DNA from: Armatimonadota bacterium
Lineage (GTDB): Bacteria > Armatimonadota > UBA10988
Length of the DNA stretch: 19,959 nt
Direction of reading: 5' to 3'
NCBI GenBank assembly: GCA_016235455.1
Contig: JACRKZ010000100.1
Coordinates: 1-19,959 of the forward strand
Below the pieces are notes generated by a model. That model ran no database searches and was not told the origin of the DNA. It saw only the letters and a program-made list of their open reading frames with translations. Shown one piece after another: positions 1 to 8,957 of this stretch (position 1 is the stretch's first letter; each line of letters begins with the position of its first letter). The position numbers and the translations under genes were made by a program.

Positions 1-87
1 CTGGCGCCCGAGGCCCAGGCGGGCATCCTTGGCGGCAACGGCGCGCGCTTCTATGGCCTCGCCCCTGACGAATCGAGTGAAGCATGA
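1..87 (+). CDS. 3' end of an amidohydrolase-family protein (probable sugar lactonase), partial
   Basis: Frame 1 reads LAPEAQAGILGGNGARFYGLAPDESSEA*. GGNxARFYGL is the typical C-terminus of amidohydrolase_2 proteins. Its TGA overlaps the next ATG (ATGA, 84-87). Confidence 0.75.
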   Translation: MAPEAQAGILGGNGARFYGLAPDESSEA

Positions 88-1112
88 CCGATACGATGAC
101 CGCTGCCGTGCTGTACGGGGCGCGCGACCTGCGCCTGGTCGACCACCCGCGGCCCGACCTCCTACCCGGCATGGTGCGGCTGCGCCCGCGCCGCGTCGGC
201 ATTTGCGGGTCCGACTTGCACTACTACCAGCACGGCTTCTGCGGTGGATTCGTGCCGGACCGGCCGTTCGTGCTCGGCCACGAGCTCAGCGCCGAAGTGG
301 TCGAGCTGGGTGTTGGCGTGGCGACCGTGGCCGTCGGCGACCGCGTCACGGTGAATCCGGCGCGCGCCTGCGGGTTCTGCGATGACTGCAAGGGTGGCCG
401 GCCCAACCTGTGCCGCCTCACCATCATGCTCGGCAGCGCCAGTACCACGCCGCCGACCGATGGCGCGTTCGCCGAGTTTCTGACCGTGCGCGCGGACCAG
501 TGCCACCGGCTGCCCGAGGCGCTCGACGACGGGCTGGGCGCCATGATGGAGCCGTTTGCCGTGGCCCTGCATGCCGTCCATCGCGCGGGCTCCGTGGCCG
601 GCCGACGGGTCCTGGTGACCGGCGCCGGCACCATCGGGCTGCTGGTGGCGATGACCGCGCGGGCCTTCGGGGCGGTGCCGGTGGCGGTCACCGATGTGTC
701 GGCCGAGCGGCGGCGGTTGGCGGCCGAACTGGCCGCCGACGTGGCCTTCGATCCAGCCCAGGCGGATCGGCCCGGCGACGGCTTTGATGTGGTGTTCGAG
801 GCCTCGGGCGCCCGCGCGGCGTTGCGCCAGGCGTTCGACCTGGTGCGGCCCGGCGGCACCATCGTGCAGATCGGCACGCTCGGCACCGAGGACGTCCCGC
901 TGCCGGCCAACGCGATCATGGCGCGCGAGATCAGCCTGCTCGGCTCGTTCCGCTACGGCAACGTATTCGGCGAGGCCATTGCGCTGGCGGCCGCGGGCCG
1001 CGTGGCGTTGGGGCCGCTGATCACCGCCGTGCTGCCGCTGGCCGACGTCACGCCGGCCATGGACCTGGCCGACGATAAGACCCACTCGCTCAAGGTGCAG
1101 ATGGCGCTGTAG
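84..1112 (+). CDS. Zn-dependent medium-chain dehydrogenase (L-idonate 5-dehydrogenase/sorbitol dehydrogenase-like)
   Basis: GICGSDLH and GHE catalytic Zn motifs; structural Zn site CGFCDDC..(7)..C; GAGTIG Rossmann motif; GSFRY C-terminal motif. Confidence 0.92.
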   Translation: MTDTMTAAVLYGARDLRLVDHPRPDLLPGMVRLRPRRVGICGSDLHYYQHGFCGGFVPDRPFVLGHELSAEVVELGVGVATVAVGDRVTVNPARACGFCDDCKGGRPNLCRLTIMLGSASTTPPTDGAFAEFLTVRADQCHRLPEALDDGLGAMMEPFAVALHAVHRAGSVAGRRVLVTGAGTIGLLVAMTARAFGAVPVAVTDVSAERRRLAAELAADVAFDPAQADRPGDGFDVVFEASGARAALRQAFDLVRPGGTIVQIGTLGTEDVPLPANAIMAREISLLGSFRYGNVFGEAIALAAAGRVALGPLITAVLPLADVTPAMDLADDKTHSLKVQMAL

Positions 1113-1130
1113 GCGCCCGTGAGGCAAGCC

Positions 1131-2069
1131 ATGGAGTACCGTCCGCTGGGCCGCACCGGCCTGACCGTGTCGCGACTGAGCTTCGGCGCGTCGTCCTTGG
1201 GCGGCGTATTCCGCGAGGTCGACGAGGACGAGGCCATCCGTGCCGTGTGGACGGCGCTGGACCTGGGCATCAACTACTTCGACGTGGCCCCGGCCTACGG
1301 CGCCACGCGGTCGGAGTCCGTGCTGGGTCGGGCACTCCGCGGGATTGCGCGCGACCGCTACCTGCTCTCTACCAAGGTGGGCAAGTACACGCGCCCCGGC
1401 AGCTACGGCGACGATACGCTGGACTACTCCGCCGCTCGCACCCGTGCTTCGCTGGCCGAGAGTGCTGAGCGGCTCGGCACGGACTACTTCGACATCATCC
1501 ACCTGCACGACTTCGAGTACCAGGGCCGCCGGCACCTCGAGTGGGCGCTCGACGAGGGGCTGAGCGGCCTGCACGAGCTCAAGGCTGAAGGGCGCATCGG
1601 CGCGGTGAGCGCCGGCATCTACCCCATGGACCTGTGGCATCGCCTACTGCGCGACCACGACCTCGATGTGGCGCTGGTGCACAACCACTACTGCCTGAAC
1701 GACACGCGGCTGCTGGAACTGCTGCCCCTGGCTGCCGAGCGTGGGGTGGGGCTGATCAACGGCTCGCCGTTTGCCAGTGGCCTGTTGACCGACCGCGGCC
1801 CGGCCGACTGGCACCCGGCGTCACCGGCGCATCGCGCCGTGTTCCGCACAGCGGCCGACTACTGCCGCGAGCACGGCGCCAGCCTCAGCCAGTTGGCCCT
1901 GCAGTTCGCCGTGTCCAACCCCGACCTGCCCACGACGCTGTTCAGCTCGGCCAGCCCGCAGTCGGTCACGCGCTGCGTGCGGTGGGCGGACGAACCACTC
2001 GATGAGCAGCTTCTGAAGCAAGTCAGGGAGATCCTGGCACCGGTTGCCGACAGGCAGTGGGAGTACTGA
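1131..2069 (+). CDS. Aldo/keto reductase (L-galactose/L-fucose dehydrogenase-like)
   Basis: MEYRPLGRTGL N-terminus; catalytic tetrad D/Y (FDVAPAYG), K (STKVG), H (HLHD); GAGG RBS at 1121 favours ATG 1131 over GTG 1119. Confidence 0.92.
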   Translation: MEYRPLGRTGLTVSRLSFGASSLGGVFREVDEDEAIRAVWTALDLGINYFDVAPAYGATRSESVLGRALRGIARDRYLLSTKVGKYTRPGSYGDDTLDYSAARTRASLAESAERLGTDYFDIIHLHDFEYQGRRHLEWALDEGLSGLHELKAEGRIGAVSAGIYPMDLWHRLLRDHDLDVALVHNHYCLNDTRLLELLPLAAERGVGLINGSPFASGLLTDRGPADWHPASPAHRAVFRTAADYCREHGASLSQLALQFAVSNPDLPTTLFSSASPQSVTRCVRWADEPLDEQLLKQVREILAPVADRQWEY

Positions 2070-2107
2070 TACCGGGGCCCTCCGGTCGGCTGAGCGCGCA
2101 GCGCGTG

Positions 2108-2197
2108 GTGGCACCGGCCTCCTGGCCGGTGATGGCCAGGAGCGCAGGATGACCGAGGGCCAAGCCGGTCCGTCCACCGGCAAGATGCCGGTGGCAC
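2108..2197. repeat. Inverted pair of REP-like palindromes (REPIN-like) between convergent genes
   Basis: GTGGCACCGGCCTCCTGGCCGGTG (2108-2131) and CACCGGCAAGATGCCGGTGGCAC (2175-2197). Each is a CACCGGC-loop-GCCGGTG hairpin, and the two are near reverse complements. Confidence 0.7.
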
Positions 2198-2247
2198 GTT
2201 GGGCCGGTCGCCACTCTGGGGGTCGTCAACCGGCGCCGGGGCCGGCG

Positions 2248-3570
2248 TCACGCGCCGGGGAACTTCCACGGCGCGCGGTACTCGGGCCGTGCCCGGCGGA
2301 TGGCTTCCTCGTCACCCACGACCTTCTCGGTCTTGGCGTCCCACTGCACGGCGCGGCCCAGCTTGTAGCTGAGGTTGGCCAGCGTCACCGGCAGGTCCAC
2401 GCGGACATGGTAGTCGGGGCTGCAACTCGGCGTCTCGCGGCTCTTGATGCAGTTGAGCCACTCGCGCTCATGGCCGGGCGACGAGGGCAGCGTCTTGGCC
2501 GGTGGCTCCTTGTCCCGGAGCAGGTCGCCTTCGGGCACAATCTCGCAACGGCCGTAATCGGCGATCAGCGTGCCATTGACCCCGTGGAAGTAGATGCCCA
2601 GCCGGCGCGACGGCGTGCCGCGGCCGAAATCCCAGGCGAAGCTGTTCACACAGCTCATCGACCAGGTCATGGTGAAGCCCGGGTACTGCCACAGCACTTC
2701 CTGCACGTCCGGGGCGTCGCCATCGTCGTCGATGGCGTAGCGGCCGCCGGAGCAGTAGGTGGTGGTGGGTATGCCCAGCTCCAGCGCCCAGACCGGCAGA
2801 TCGATGATGTGCGGCGCCATGCCCGGCGTCCAGCCGCCCGAGTAGGTGAACCAGCTGCCGTGGTTGTACGCGTCGGCGAACAGCGTGGCGTTGAACGGTA
2901 TGGCCGGCGCCGGTCCCAGCCACATGTCCCAATCGAGCCCCGCCGGCGGGTCCTTGCGGCCGCCCTTGCCAATGCCGGCGGTGGTCTGGTTCATCACGTT
3001 GAAGCAGCGCACCACGCTGATCTTGCCGAGCTTGCCCGAGCGCACCCACTCCACGCAGCGGCGATAGTTGTCGCTGGCGTGGATCTGCGTGCCGACCTGG
3101 CATACCACTTTGTGCTCGCGCACGGCGTTGCGCACGGCGATGCCCTCGTCGGGGAAGAGCGTCATCGGCTTCTGGAGATAGATGTCCTTGCCGGCGGCCG
3201 CGGCCATGCAGGCGATCAGCGCGTGCCAGTGCGGCGGCGTGGCGATGATCACCGCGTCCAGGTCGGGTCGCGCCAGCAGCTCGCGGAAGTCGCGGTAGCC
3301 CTTGGCGTTCTTGTGCCGGCCGAGCACTGCGTCGATGCGCGGCTGATACACATCGCACACCCCGGTGACCTCGACATCGGCCTGACTGGCGCAGGCGCTC
3401 AAGTTCGCGTTGCCCATGCCGTTGGCGCCGATGATGCCCAGGCTGATGCGCTCACCCGCGGGCGGCTTGCCATCCTTGCCCAGGGCGGCGGCCGGCACGA
3501 AGGCCGGCGCCAGCGCCGCGGCGGTGGCTGCGCGCGACAGGAACGAACGGCGGCTGGTGGTCTCGTCCAT
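2248..3570 (-). CDS. Tat-exported Gfo/Idh/MocA family oxidoreductase
   Basis: Twin-arginine signal SRRSFL; GIIGANGMG Rossmann motif; IATPPHWH; YLQKP; LDWDMWLGPAP; AGGAG RBS upstream of ATG 3570. Confidence 0.93.
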   Translation of the reverse strand: MDETTSRRSFLSRAATAAALAPAFVPAAALGKDGKPPAGERISLGIIGANGMGNANLSACASQADVEVTGVCDVYQPRIDAVLGRHKNAKGYRDFRELLARPDLDAVIIATPPHWHALIACMAAAAGKDIYLQKPMTLFPDEGIAVRNAVREHKVVCQVGTQIHASDNYRRCVEWVRSGKLGKISVVRCFNVMNQTTAGIGKGGRKDPPAGLDWDMWLGPAPAIPFNATLFADAYNHGSWFTYSGGWTPGMAPHIIDLPVWALELGIPTTTYCSGGRYAIDDDGDAPDVQEVLWQYPGFTMTWSMSCVNSFAWDFGRGTPSRRLGIYFHGVNGTLIADYGRCEIVPEGDLLRDKEPPAKTLPSSPGHEREWLNCIKSRETPSCSPDYHVRVDLPVTLANLSYKLGRAVQWDAKTEKVVGDEEAIRRARPEYRAPWKFPGA

Positions 3571-3572
3571 GG

Positions 3573-4520
3573 TCACTTCTCCTGGTCGTGATAGGCGGTC
3601 CACTGCGCGCGCGCGGCGGCCTCGTCGAGGGGCCCGCCACGGCGGATCCACAGTCGGTAGCGCAGCACCGTGGGCGTCTCGCGCGACAGCGCGTAGCGAT
3701 GGTTCGCCTGGGGGAAGGTCGGCTGGAACCAGTTCAGTTCGTCGTACTTGACCCAGTCCGGCGGCGCCTCGGGGTTGCCGGCGTGCGGGATGATGGTCAG
3801 CGCGGCCGAGCCCTTGCCGCCGGGGAAAGTGCCCGACAGATCGGCCCAGGCCATGCGGGGCTTGGACTCCAGCTCGTCGGTGTGGAAGCCGATGGTCTGG
3901 CCGATGACGGCGTTGAGCCGGCAGTTCAGCCCGCCGTAGAGCTTGGTCTCGCGCCGGGCGAGGGTCACGCCGTCGGCCAGGGCGACCAGGCTGAACTCCA
4001 GATCGACGAAGCGGCCCAACGGCGTCTCGCGCCCGATGCGGAAGGTGGCCGTCTCGAAGACGATGGGCTCTTTGTCATCCCACAGCCAGCGGCTGTCCGC
4101 GCGCACCACGGCGCTGTCGCCACTGGTCAGGCGCGGCTTGCCCACGGCACGGGCGAAGACCTTCTGCAGCGCGTGCAGGTCGCCGAGTTCGCCCCGATAG
4201 CCCACCTCGGGCCAGGCCCAGTAGATGCCGCGATGGTGCGGATGGTCGATGGGCCAGTCACGGGTGAGCTCCTCGCCGTCGAGCCCGTAGAGCGGATGCA
4301 GGTAGTCCGAGCGGGCCACCGCGTACTTGCGGTTGCCCTCGGCCACTCGGGTCAGCAGGTCGCCGGGCTCGACCGTGCGCGCGTTGTAGCGCAGCACGGG
4401 CCGGCCGCCCTCGCTCACCTCCACCTGGCCCGTGTCCGGGTTGAGCCGGGCGGTCATCACCGGCTCCGCGGTCGCCGGGCTCAGCAAGGTCGCCACCGCG
4501 ATCGTCAGCCAGATGCGCAT
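3573..4520 (-). CDS. Secreted PmoA-like family (DUF6807) protein
   Basis: Signal peptide MRIWLTIAVATLLSPATA; RSDYLHPLY, DHPHHRGIYWAW and YGGL motifs; GGGAG RBS; stop lies 2 nt before the oxidoreductase start. Confidence 0.8.
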   Translation of the reverse strand: MRIWLTIAVATLLSPATAEPVMTARLNPDTGQVEVSEGGRPVLRYNARTVEPGDLLTRVAEGNRKYAVARSDYLHPLYGLDGEELTRDWPIDHPHHRGIYWAWPEVGYRGELGDLHALQKVFARAVGKPRLTSGDSAVVRADSRWLWDDKEPIVFETATFRIGRETPLGRFVDLEFSLVALADGVTLARRETKLYGGLNCRLNAVIGQTIGFHTDELESKPRMAWADLSGTFPGGKGSAALTIIPHAGNPEAPPDWVKYDELNWFQPTFPQANHRYALSRETPTVLRYRLWIRRGGPLDEAAARAQWTAYHDQEK

Positions 4521-4586
4521 CGTCGGTCTCCCTGGCCGAGGTGTTGGCCTGCCTTGGCAAGAGTCCTGTCGTGGGGCGACCCAAAT

Positions 4587-4624
4587 CACAACGCGCCCGG
4601 CACCAGCGTGCCGAGCGCGTTGTG
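4587..4624 (-). terminator. 17-bp stem hairpin, probable terminator downstream of the DUF1559 gene
   Basis: Minus strand CACAACGCGCTCGGCAC-GCTG-GTGCCGGGCGCGTTGTG followed by ATTT. The single mismatch is a U-G wobble only on the minus strand. Confidence 0.7.
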
Positions 4625-4642
4625 GACAGGGGCGAGGCGCGC

Positions 4643-5323
4643 CTAGTTCATGTCAGCCGGGAAGCCCGTGGCGTTGCCGGCCTGGTCGGCCAGGTCGAAG
4701 CGGAAGCCCGACTTGGGGGTCAGGACCTTGGCCCACTTCAGCGTCTTGACATGACCGTCGCAGTAAAGGAAGTTGCCAAAGCCGTTGTGCCCGTAGAAGC
4801 CAGACCAGCGGGGGTTCCACGACGCGCAGTCGGGGCCGCCGTCGCGCTTCTCGATGCACTGGAGCTGCTCGGCCGGTGACTGGATCTTGGCCAACGAGGT
4901 GTTGCAGTTGCCGGTGCCGTAGCTGAAGCCGGTCGAGTCAACGCCACCGTCGGTCGGGTAACCGTAGTGGTTGATGATGCCGCCGTCGTTGGTGGCATTC
5001 GACGTGTTCGACGGGCACTTGAACACCTGGGTGCTCTTGAGGTACGGCTGGATCGAGAAACGGAAGGTCAGGGTCACGGTGGTGCCGTCGACCGGGCTGA
5101 CGAAGCCGTTGCAGGTGCGGCACATGGGCAGCGTCTCGTCGTAGTCCTGTGCATACTGCACAAAGGCCACGCCGAGCTGCTTCATGTTGCTCTGGCACGA
5201 AGCAGTACGAGCCTTCTCACGTGCCTTGGCGAAAACGGGGAACAGGATGGCGGCCAGGATCGCGATGATCGCGATGACCACCAGCAACTCGATGAGGGTG
5301 AACCCTCGGCGCTGTGCTCTCAT
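4643..5323 (-). CDS. DUF1559-type protein with prepilin N-terminal cleavage/methylation motif and H-X9-DG motif
   Basis: RRG|[49 protein letters not shown]; C-terminal [13 protein letters not shown] (H-X9-DG); GGGAG RBS. Confidence 0.95.
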   Translation of the reverse strand: MRAQRRGFTLIELLVVIAIIAILAAILFPVFAKAREKARTASCQSNMKQLGVAFVQYAQDYDETLPMCRTCNGFVSPVDGTTVTLTFRFSIQPYLKSTQVFKCPSNTSNATNDGGIINHYGYPTDGGVDSTGFSYGTGNCNTSLAKIQSPAEQLQCIEKRDGGPDCASWNPRWSGFYGHNGFGNFLYCDGHVKTLKWAKVLTPKSGFRFDLADQAGNATGFPADMN

Positions 5324-5423
5324 CTGATGGACTCTCCCGTCCACCGTGGGCAGGGAGGAGCTCGCGAGGCCAGGCCATAGGCGGCACAGACTCACCCGGC
5401 CTGCTGCCTACGACGAACACGAC

Positions 5424-5452
5424 ATCATAGCCGCTGGCGTCAGGGAAAGCAA
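5424..5452 (-). promoter_or_regulatory. Sigma70-type promoter of the DUF1559 gene
   Basis: Minus strand TTGCTT-17 bp-TATGAT, about 100 nt upstream of the start codon. Confidence 0.65.
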
Positions 5453-5470
5453 ACGATTTCGAGGAATCGT
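5449..5470. promoter_or_regulatory. Candidate LacI-family operator and palindrome in the divergent DUF1559/GH9 spacer
   Basis: GCAAACGATTTC (5449-5460) fits GnAAnCGnTTnC. It overlaps the inverted repeat ACGATT-N6-AATCGT (5453-5470) and the -35 box. Confidence 0.4.
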
Positions 5471-5583
5471 CATATCGCACTCGGCCGGTTGGCGCGCTGG
5501 GCGGGGCCGGGCGGACGCGGACGCGAGGCCGGCAGGACTGGCCGCGCGCTCACCGAAGCCACCCTGTGTGGCTGGAGCAAGGC

Positions 5584-8500
5584 ATGGCTCGACTCGCATC
5601 GCTGGTGCTCTGTCTCTACCTGGCGGGCGCGCCCGCGGTGGATCTCGCTGCCTTCCGCGCCCAGCCAGACAACCGCGCCGCCGTGCGCGCCTCGCTCGGG
5701 GTGCGGGCCGTGCGGTCGCTGTCGGCCACGAGAGTCGAGGTGACGGTCGGGGCCAGCGCCAATGATGTGGCGGGCCGCGCCGAGGCTTGGCGGGTCGTCA
5801 GCGAGACCGACCCCGCCTATGCCTACGCCGCTCTGGTCCGCCCGCGCGAGGCTGGTCTGCGCCGCGAGATCGAACTGGCGCCGTGGTCGCGCCTGATCGT
5901 CACGCTGGATCTGCCCAGCCCGCTCAAGGCCGGCTGCGACTATGCGTTCATCGGCCAGGGCGCCGGCGACCAGGTGCTCACCGGCGGGCGCACGGCGGCC
6001 GGGCTGATCTTCGGGCGCGAGCCCGAGCCGCGCGATGCTCGCCTCGACCTGGCCGTACTGGCCGTGCGCGCCGTGCGACCCATCGGCCCGCGACTGGTCG
6101 AGGTCGAAGCCGGTCCCGCTCTGCAGGCCGGCGCGGCCAACCGGCTCGATCTGTACCGCGTCACCGTCGGGGGCCAGCCGGCGCGGGTCGAGGCCATGGG
6201 CCGGTGGACCGGGCTCGACACCTACCGGCCGGTGGGCTGGCCGTTCGAGGCCATCGTGGCACACCGGCTCTATCTGCGGCTCGACCGCGACTTCGCGGCT
6301 GGCACGCGGGTCGAGGTGGAACTCCTGCCGGCGCTGTGCGGTGGCGATGCCACGGCGCGCACCGCCGGTTTCGACTTCGACCCGCTACGCACCTGGAGTC
6401 CTTCGCTGCAGGCCAACCAGGTCGGCTACCTGCCCGACCGCGGCCGCAAGATCGCTTACCTTGGCCGCTGGCTGGGCTCTTACCCCGAGGGGGCACCCGC
6501 GGCGCGTCCCAGCGCCCCGGCCGGCACGCTCTATGAGCAGTTCGGTGCCCTGTTGCGCGCCGCCGAGCGCGCCACCAGCCGGTCCGAGGCGCCCACCGCC
6601 GAGACGCCGGCACCGGCCGCGGCCGCGGCGGAGCAGTCACCCGCGCTGTGGTTCGCCGAGCCGCCGCGCTTCGCCGTGCACGACGAGGCCAGCGGGCGCC
6701 AGGTGTTTGAAGGGCAGGCCCGGCTGGTCCATCGCTCGGGCCAGATGACCGAGGGCTACTACCGCCATGACCACTCGGGCGCGAATGTCTGGCAGCTCGA
6801 TTTCAGCGACCTGCGCACGCCAGGTCGCTACGTCGTCACGGTGCCGGGCGTTGGCCGCTCTCTGCCCTTCGCCATTGGTGCCGACGTCTACCGGCGCCCG
6901 TTCGAGATCGCTGCTCAAGGCGTCTGCAGCCAACGCTGCGGGTGCGAACTCGGCCCGCCGGCCACCGACTGGCGCCGCATCGCCTGCCACCGCGCCGGGC
7001 TCACGCCGACCACGCAGCTCCGTGGCGAGGCCCATGACATCCATGATCTGGGCCGGAAGATCGACTACGAGCGCGGCCGGCGGGCACCGCTCGACCCGGC
7101 TCTGCTCGCGCTCGATCGCGATCCGGCGCTGGTCGCCTGGTACCGGCTCGAGGGCGATCTGGCCGACAGCGCCGGCGGCCATGTGCTGCGGCCGCGTCGC
7201 GACGGACAGGCGTTCAGCGCCGACACGATGCTGTTGCCGGGCGAGAACCGCTGCTTCGGGCCGACCGGCGCGGACGAGCCGCTGGGCGCCGAGGCCGACC
7301 TGGCCTGCGACGCGACCGGCGGCTACAGCGTGGCGGGCTGGGTTCGGCATCAGGGCGGGATCAACTTCGGGGGCACGCTGTTCGGCTTCCCTGGTGGTAC
7401 CGGGCAACCACGCCTGGCGGTGCAGGCCAGTTGGGGCGTGCTGCGCGCGATCGTGGGCCAAGGCGCCGAGATCAGCCTCGGCCGCGTCGAAGACGGCCGC
7501 TGGCACCATGTGGCGGTGACGGTCGAGGCCGACCGGCACGTGCGCGCCTGGCTCGACGGCCGTCTGGCCGGCGAGGCGACCACCAACGCCCCCATCGGCG
7601 GAGCACGCTTCGTGCTGGGCGCGCTGGAGGGCAAGGAACTGGCCGGCAAGTTCATCGACGAGGTGCGCTGCTACCGGCGCGCGCTCAGCGCCGCCGAGGT
7701 GGCCACGCTGGGCACACGCTGGGTGGAGCGGGCCGGCCGCATCGACGCTTACGGCGGCCACCACGACGCCGGCGACTACAACCCGCGCTCACACCTGGAT
7801 GTGGCGCAGACGCTGATGGACGCCTACGAGATGGCTCCCGCGGCCTTCGCGGATAACCAGTTGCCCGTGGCCGAGCGCGGCAACGGCCTGCCGGACATCC
7901 TCGACGAGGCAGACTGGGCGCTGCGGCTATGGCGCGGGCTGCAGGACGCCGACGGCGGTGTGTTCGGCGGCACCGAGTCTGATGGCGACCCGAACTTCCT
8001 GCAGACCGTCGACCTGGACACGCTGGGCGACTACGCCTACGCCAAGGATACGGGCGCCTCGCTGGAGTTGGCCGGGGCGTTGGCGCAGTGGAGCCGTATC
8101 CTGGCCGCGCTGGGCCGCGACGGTTCGGCTGACCTCGCGCGCGCGCGTCGAGCCTATGAGTGGGCGTTGGCCCACGAGCCGAGAGCGGGCGCCGTTCGCG
8201 CCTATGCCGAGGGCTACCTCACGCCGCTGGCCTACGCATCGGCCGAGCTGCTGCGCACCACAGGCGAGGCGCGCTTCGCCCGTGACTTCGCCCGCGCGGC
8301 GGTGTGGGCGCAGCGCGCCGACGCCGACCCCACGGTGTACGGGCTGTATGACCAGGCGCGCGCCGCGCTGGGCTACTGCCGCGTGCCACCCGCGCAGGCC
8401 GATCCAGCGCTGCAGGCGGCGTGCCGCGCCTCGCTGCTGCGCTGGGCCGACTGGTATGTGGCGTCTTCGGCGACCATGGCCTACGGCTTCGTGCGGCATC

Positions 8501-8940
8501 CGCAGGCGCCGATCACCTGGGGCACGGGCGCCAACCTGCACTATGCCCTGCCGGTACTGTGGGCCTGGTGGCTGAGCGGCGAGCCGCGCTACCTGGACTG
8601 GGTGCTGCGCAGTTGCGACAACCTGTTGGGCGCCAACCCGCTGGGCTTGTGCTACCTGACCGGCGTGGGCAGCCGCGGCGTCCACGCCCCGCTGCACAAC
8701 AGCCGCTACCGTGCCGTCGGCGAGGCGGTGGACGGCCTGCTGGTCAACGGCCCCAACGCGCGCGGCGAGGGCTATCGGCTGACCGAGGTGGCCTATCCGC
8801 CGATCCGCCCCGAGTTCGCCAGTCTGTACACGTTTGCCGATTGTCACTTCGCCATCGCCATCGATGAGGGCCTGGTGCGCAATCAGGTCGAGGTCGAGGC
8901 GGTCTTCGGCCTGCTGGCTGGGCTGGACCGGGGCCGGTAA
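5584..8940 (+). CDS. Secreted glycoside hydrolase family 9 with N-terminal Ig-like modules and an inserted LamG-like jelly-roll domain
   Basis: Signal peptide; QANQVGYLP and DFSDLRTPGRY..VPGVGRSLPFAI (CelD_N-like); QRCG; GGHHDAGDY; NGLPDILDE..W..LQDADGGV; LLGANPLGLCYLTGVG; C-terminal Glu in IDEG. GGAG RBS before ATG 5584. Confidence 0.9.
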   Translation: MARLASLVLCLYLAGAPAVDLAAFRAQPDNRAAVRASLGVRAVRSLSATRVEVTVGASANDVAGRAEAWRVVSETDPAYAYAALVRPREAGLRREIELAPWSRLIVTLDLPSPLKAGCDYAFIGQGAGDQVLTGGRTAAGLIFGREPEPRDARLDLAVLAVRAVRPIGPRLVEVEAGPALQAGAANRLDLYRVTVGGQPARVEAMGRWTGLDTYRPVGWPFEAIVAHRLYLRLDRDFAAGTRVEVELLPALCGGDATARTAGFDFDPLRTWSPSLQANQVGYLPDRGRKIAYLGRWLGSYPEGAPAARPSAPAGTLYEQFGALLRAAERATSRSEAPTAETPAPAAAAAEQSPALWFAEPPRFAVHDEASGRQVFEGQARLVHRSGQMTEGYYRHDHSGANVWQLDFSDLRTPGRYVVTVPGVGRSLPFAIGADVYRRPFEIAAQGVCSQRCGCELGPPATDWRRIACHRAGLTPTTQLRGEAHDIHDLGRKIDYERGRRAPLDPALLALDRDPALVAWYRLEGDLADSAGGHVLRPRRDGQAFSADTMLLPGENRCFGPTGADEPLGAEADLACDATGGYSVAGWVRHQGGINFGGTLFGFPGGTGQPRLAVQASWGVLRAIVGQGAEISLGRVEDGRWHHVAVTVEADRHVRAWLDGRLAGEATTNAPIGGARFVLGALEGKELAGKFIDEVRCYRRALSAAEVATLGTRWVERAGRIDAYGGHHDAGDYNPRSHLDVAQTLMDAYEMAPAAFADNQLPVAERGNGLPDILDEADWALRLWRGLQDADGGVFGGTESDGDPNFLQTVDLDTLGDYAYAKDTGASLELAGALAQWSRILAALGRDGSADLARARRAYEWALAHEPRAGAVRAYAEGYLTPLAYASAELLRTTGEARFARDFARAAVWAQRADADPTVYGLYDQARAALGYCRVPPAQADPALQAACRASLLRWADWYVASSATMAYGFVRHPQAPITWGTGANLHYALPVLWAWWLSGEPRYLDWVLRSCDNLLGANPLGLCYLTGVGSRGVHAPLHNSRYRAVGEAVDGLLVNGPNARGEGYRLTEVAYPPIRPEFASLYTFADCHFAIAIDEGLVRNQVEVEAVFGLLAGLDRGR

Positions 8941-8957
8941 CGGTTGCGTGCAGGTGC

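Noticed and set aside
162-1640. 492-aa minus-strand ORF
   Set aside because: Antisense shadow of two well-supported genes; such ORFs are common in GC-rich DNA and this one has no motifs.
3573-4520. Methane monooxygenase interpretation of the PmoA-like gene
   Set aside because: Soluble secreted protein with no transmembrane helices and no pmoB/pmoC neighbours.
2044-4646. Long plus-strand ORFs 2044-3591 and 3588-4646
   Set aside because: Antisense shadows of the oxidoreductase and DUF6807 genes.
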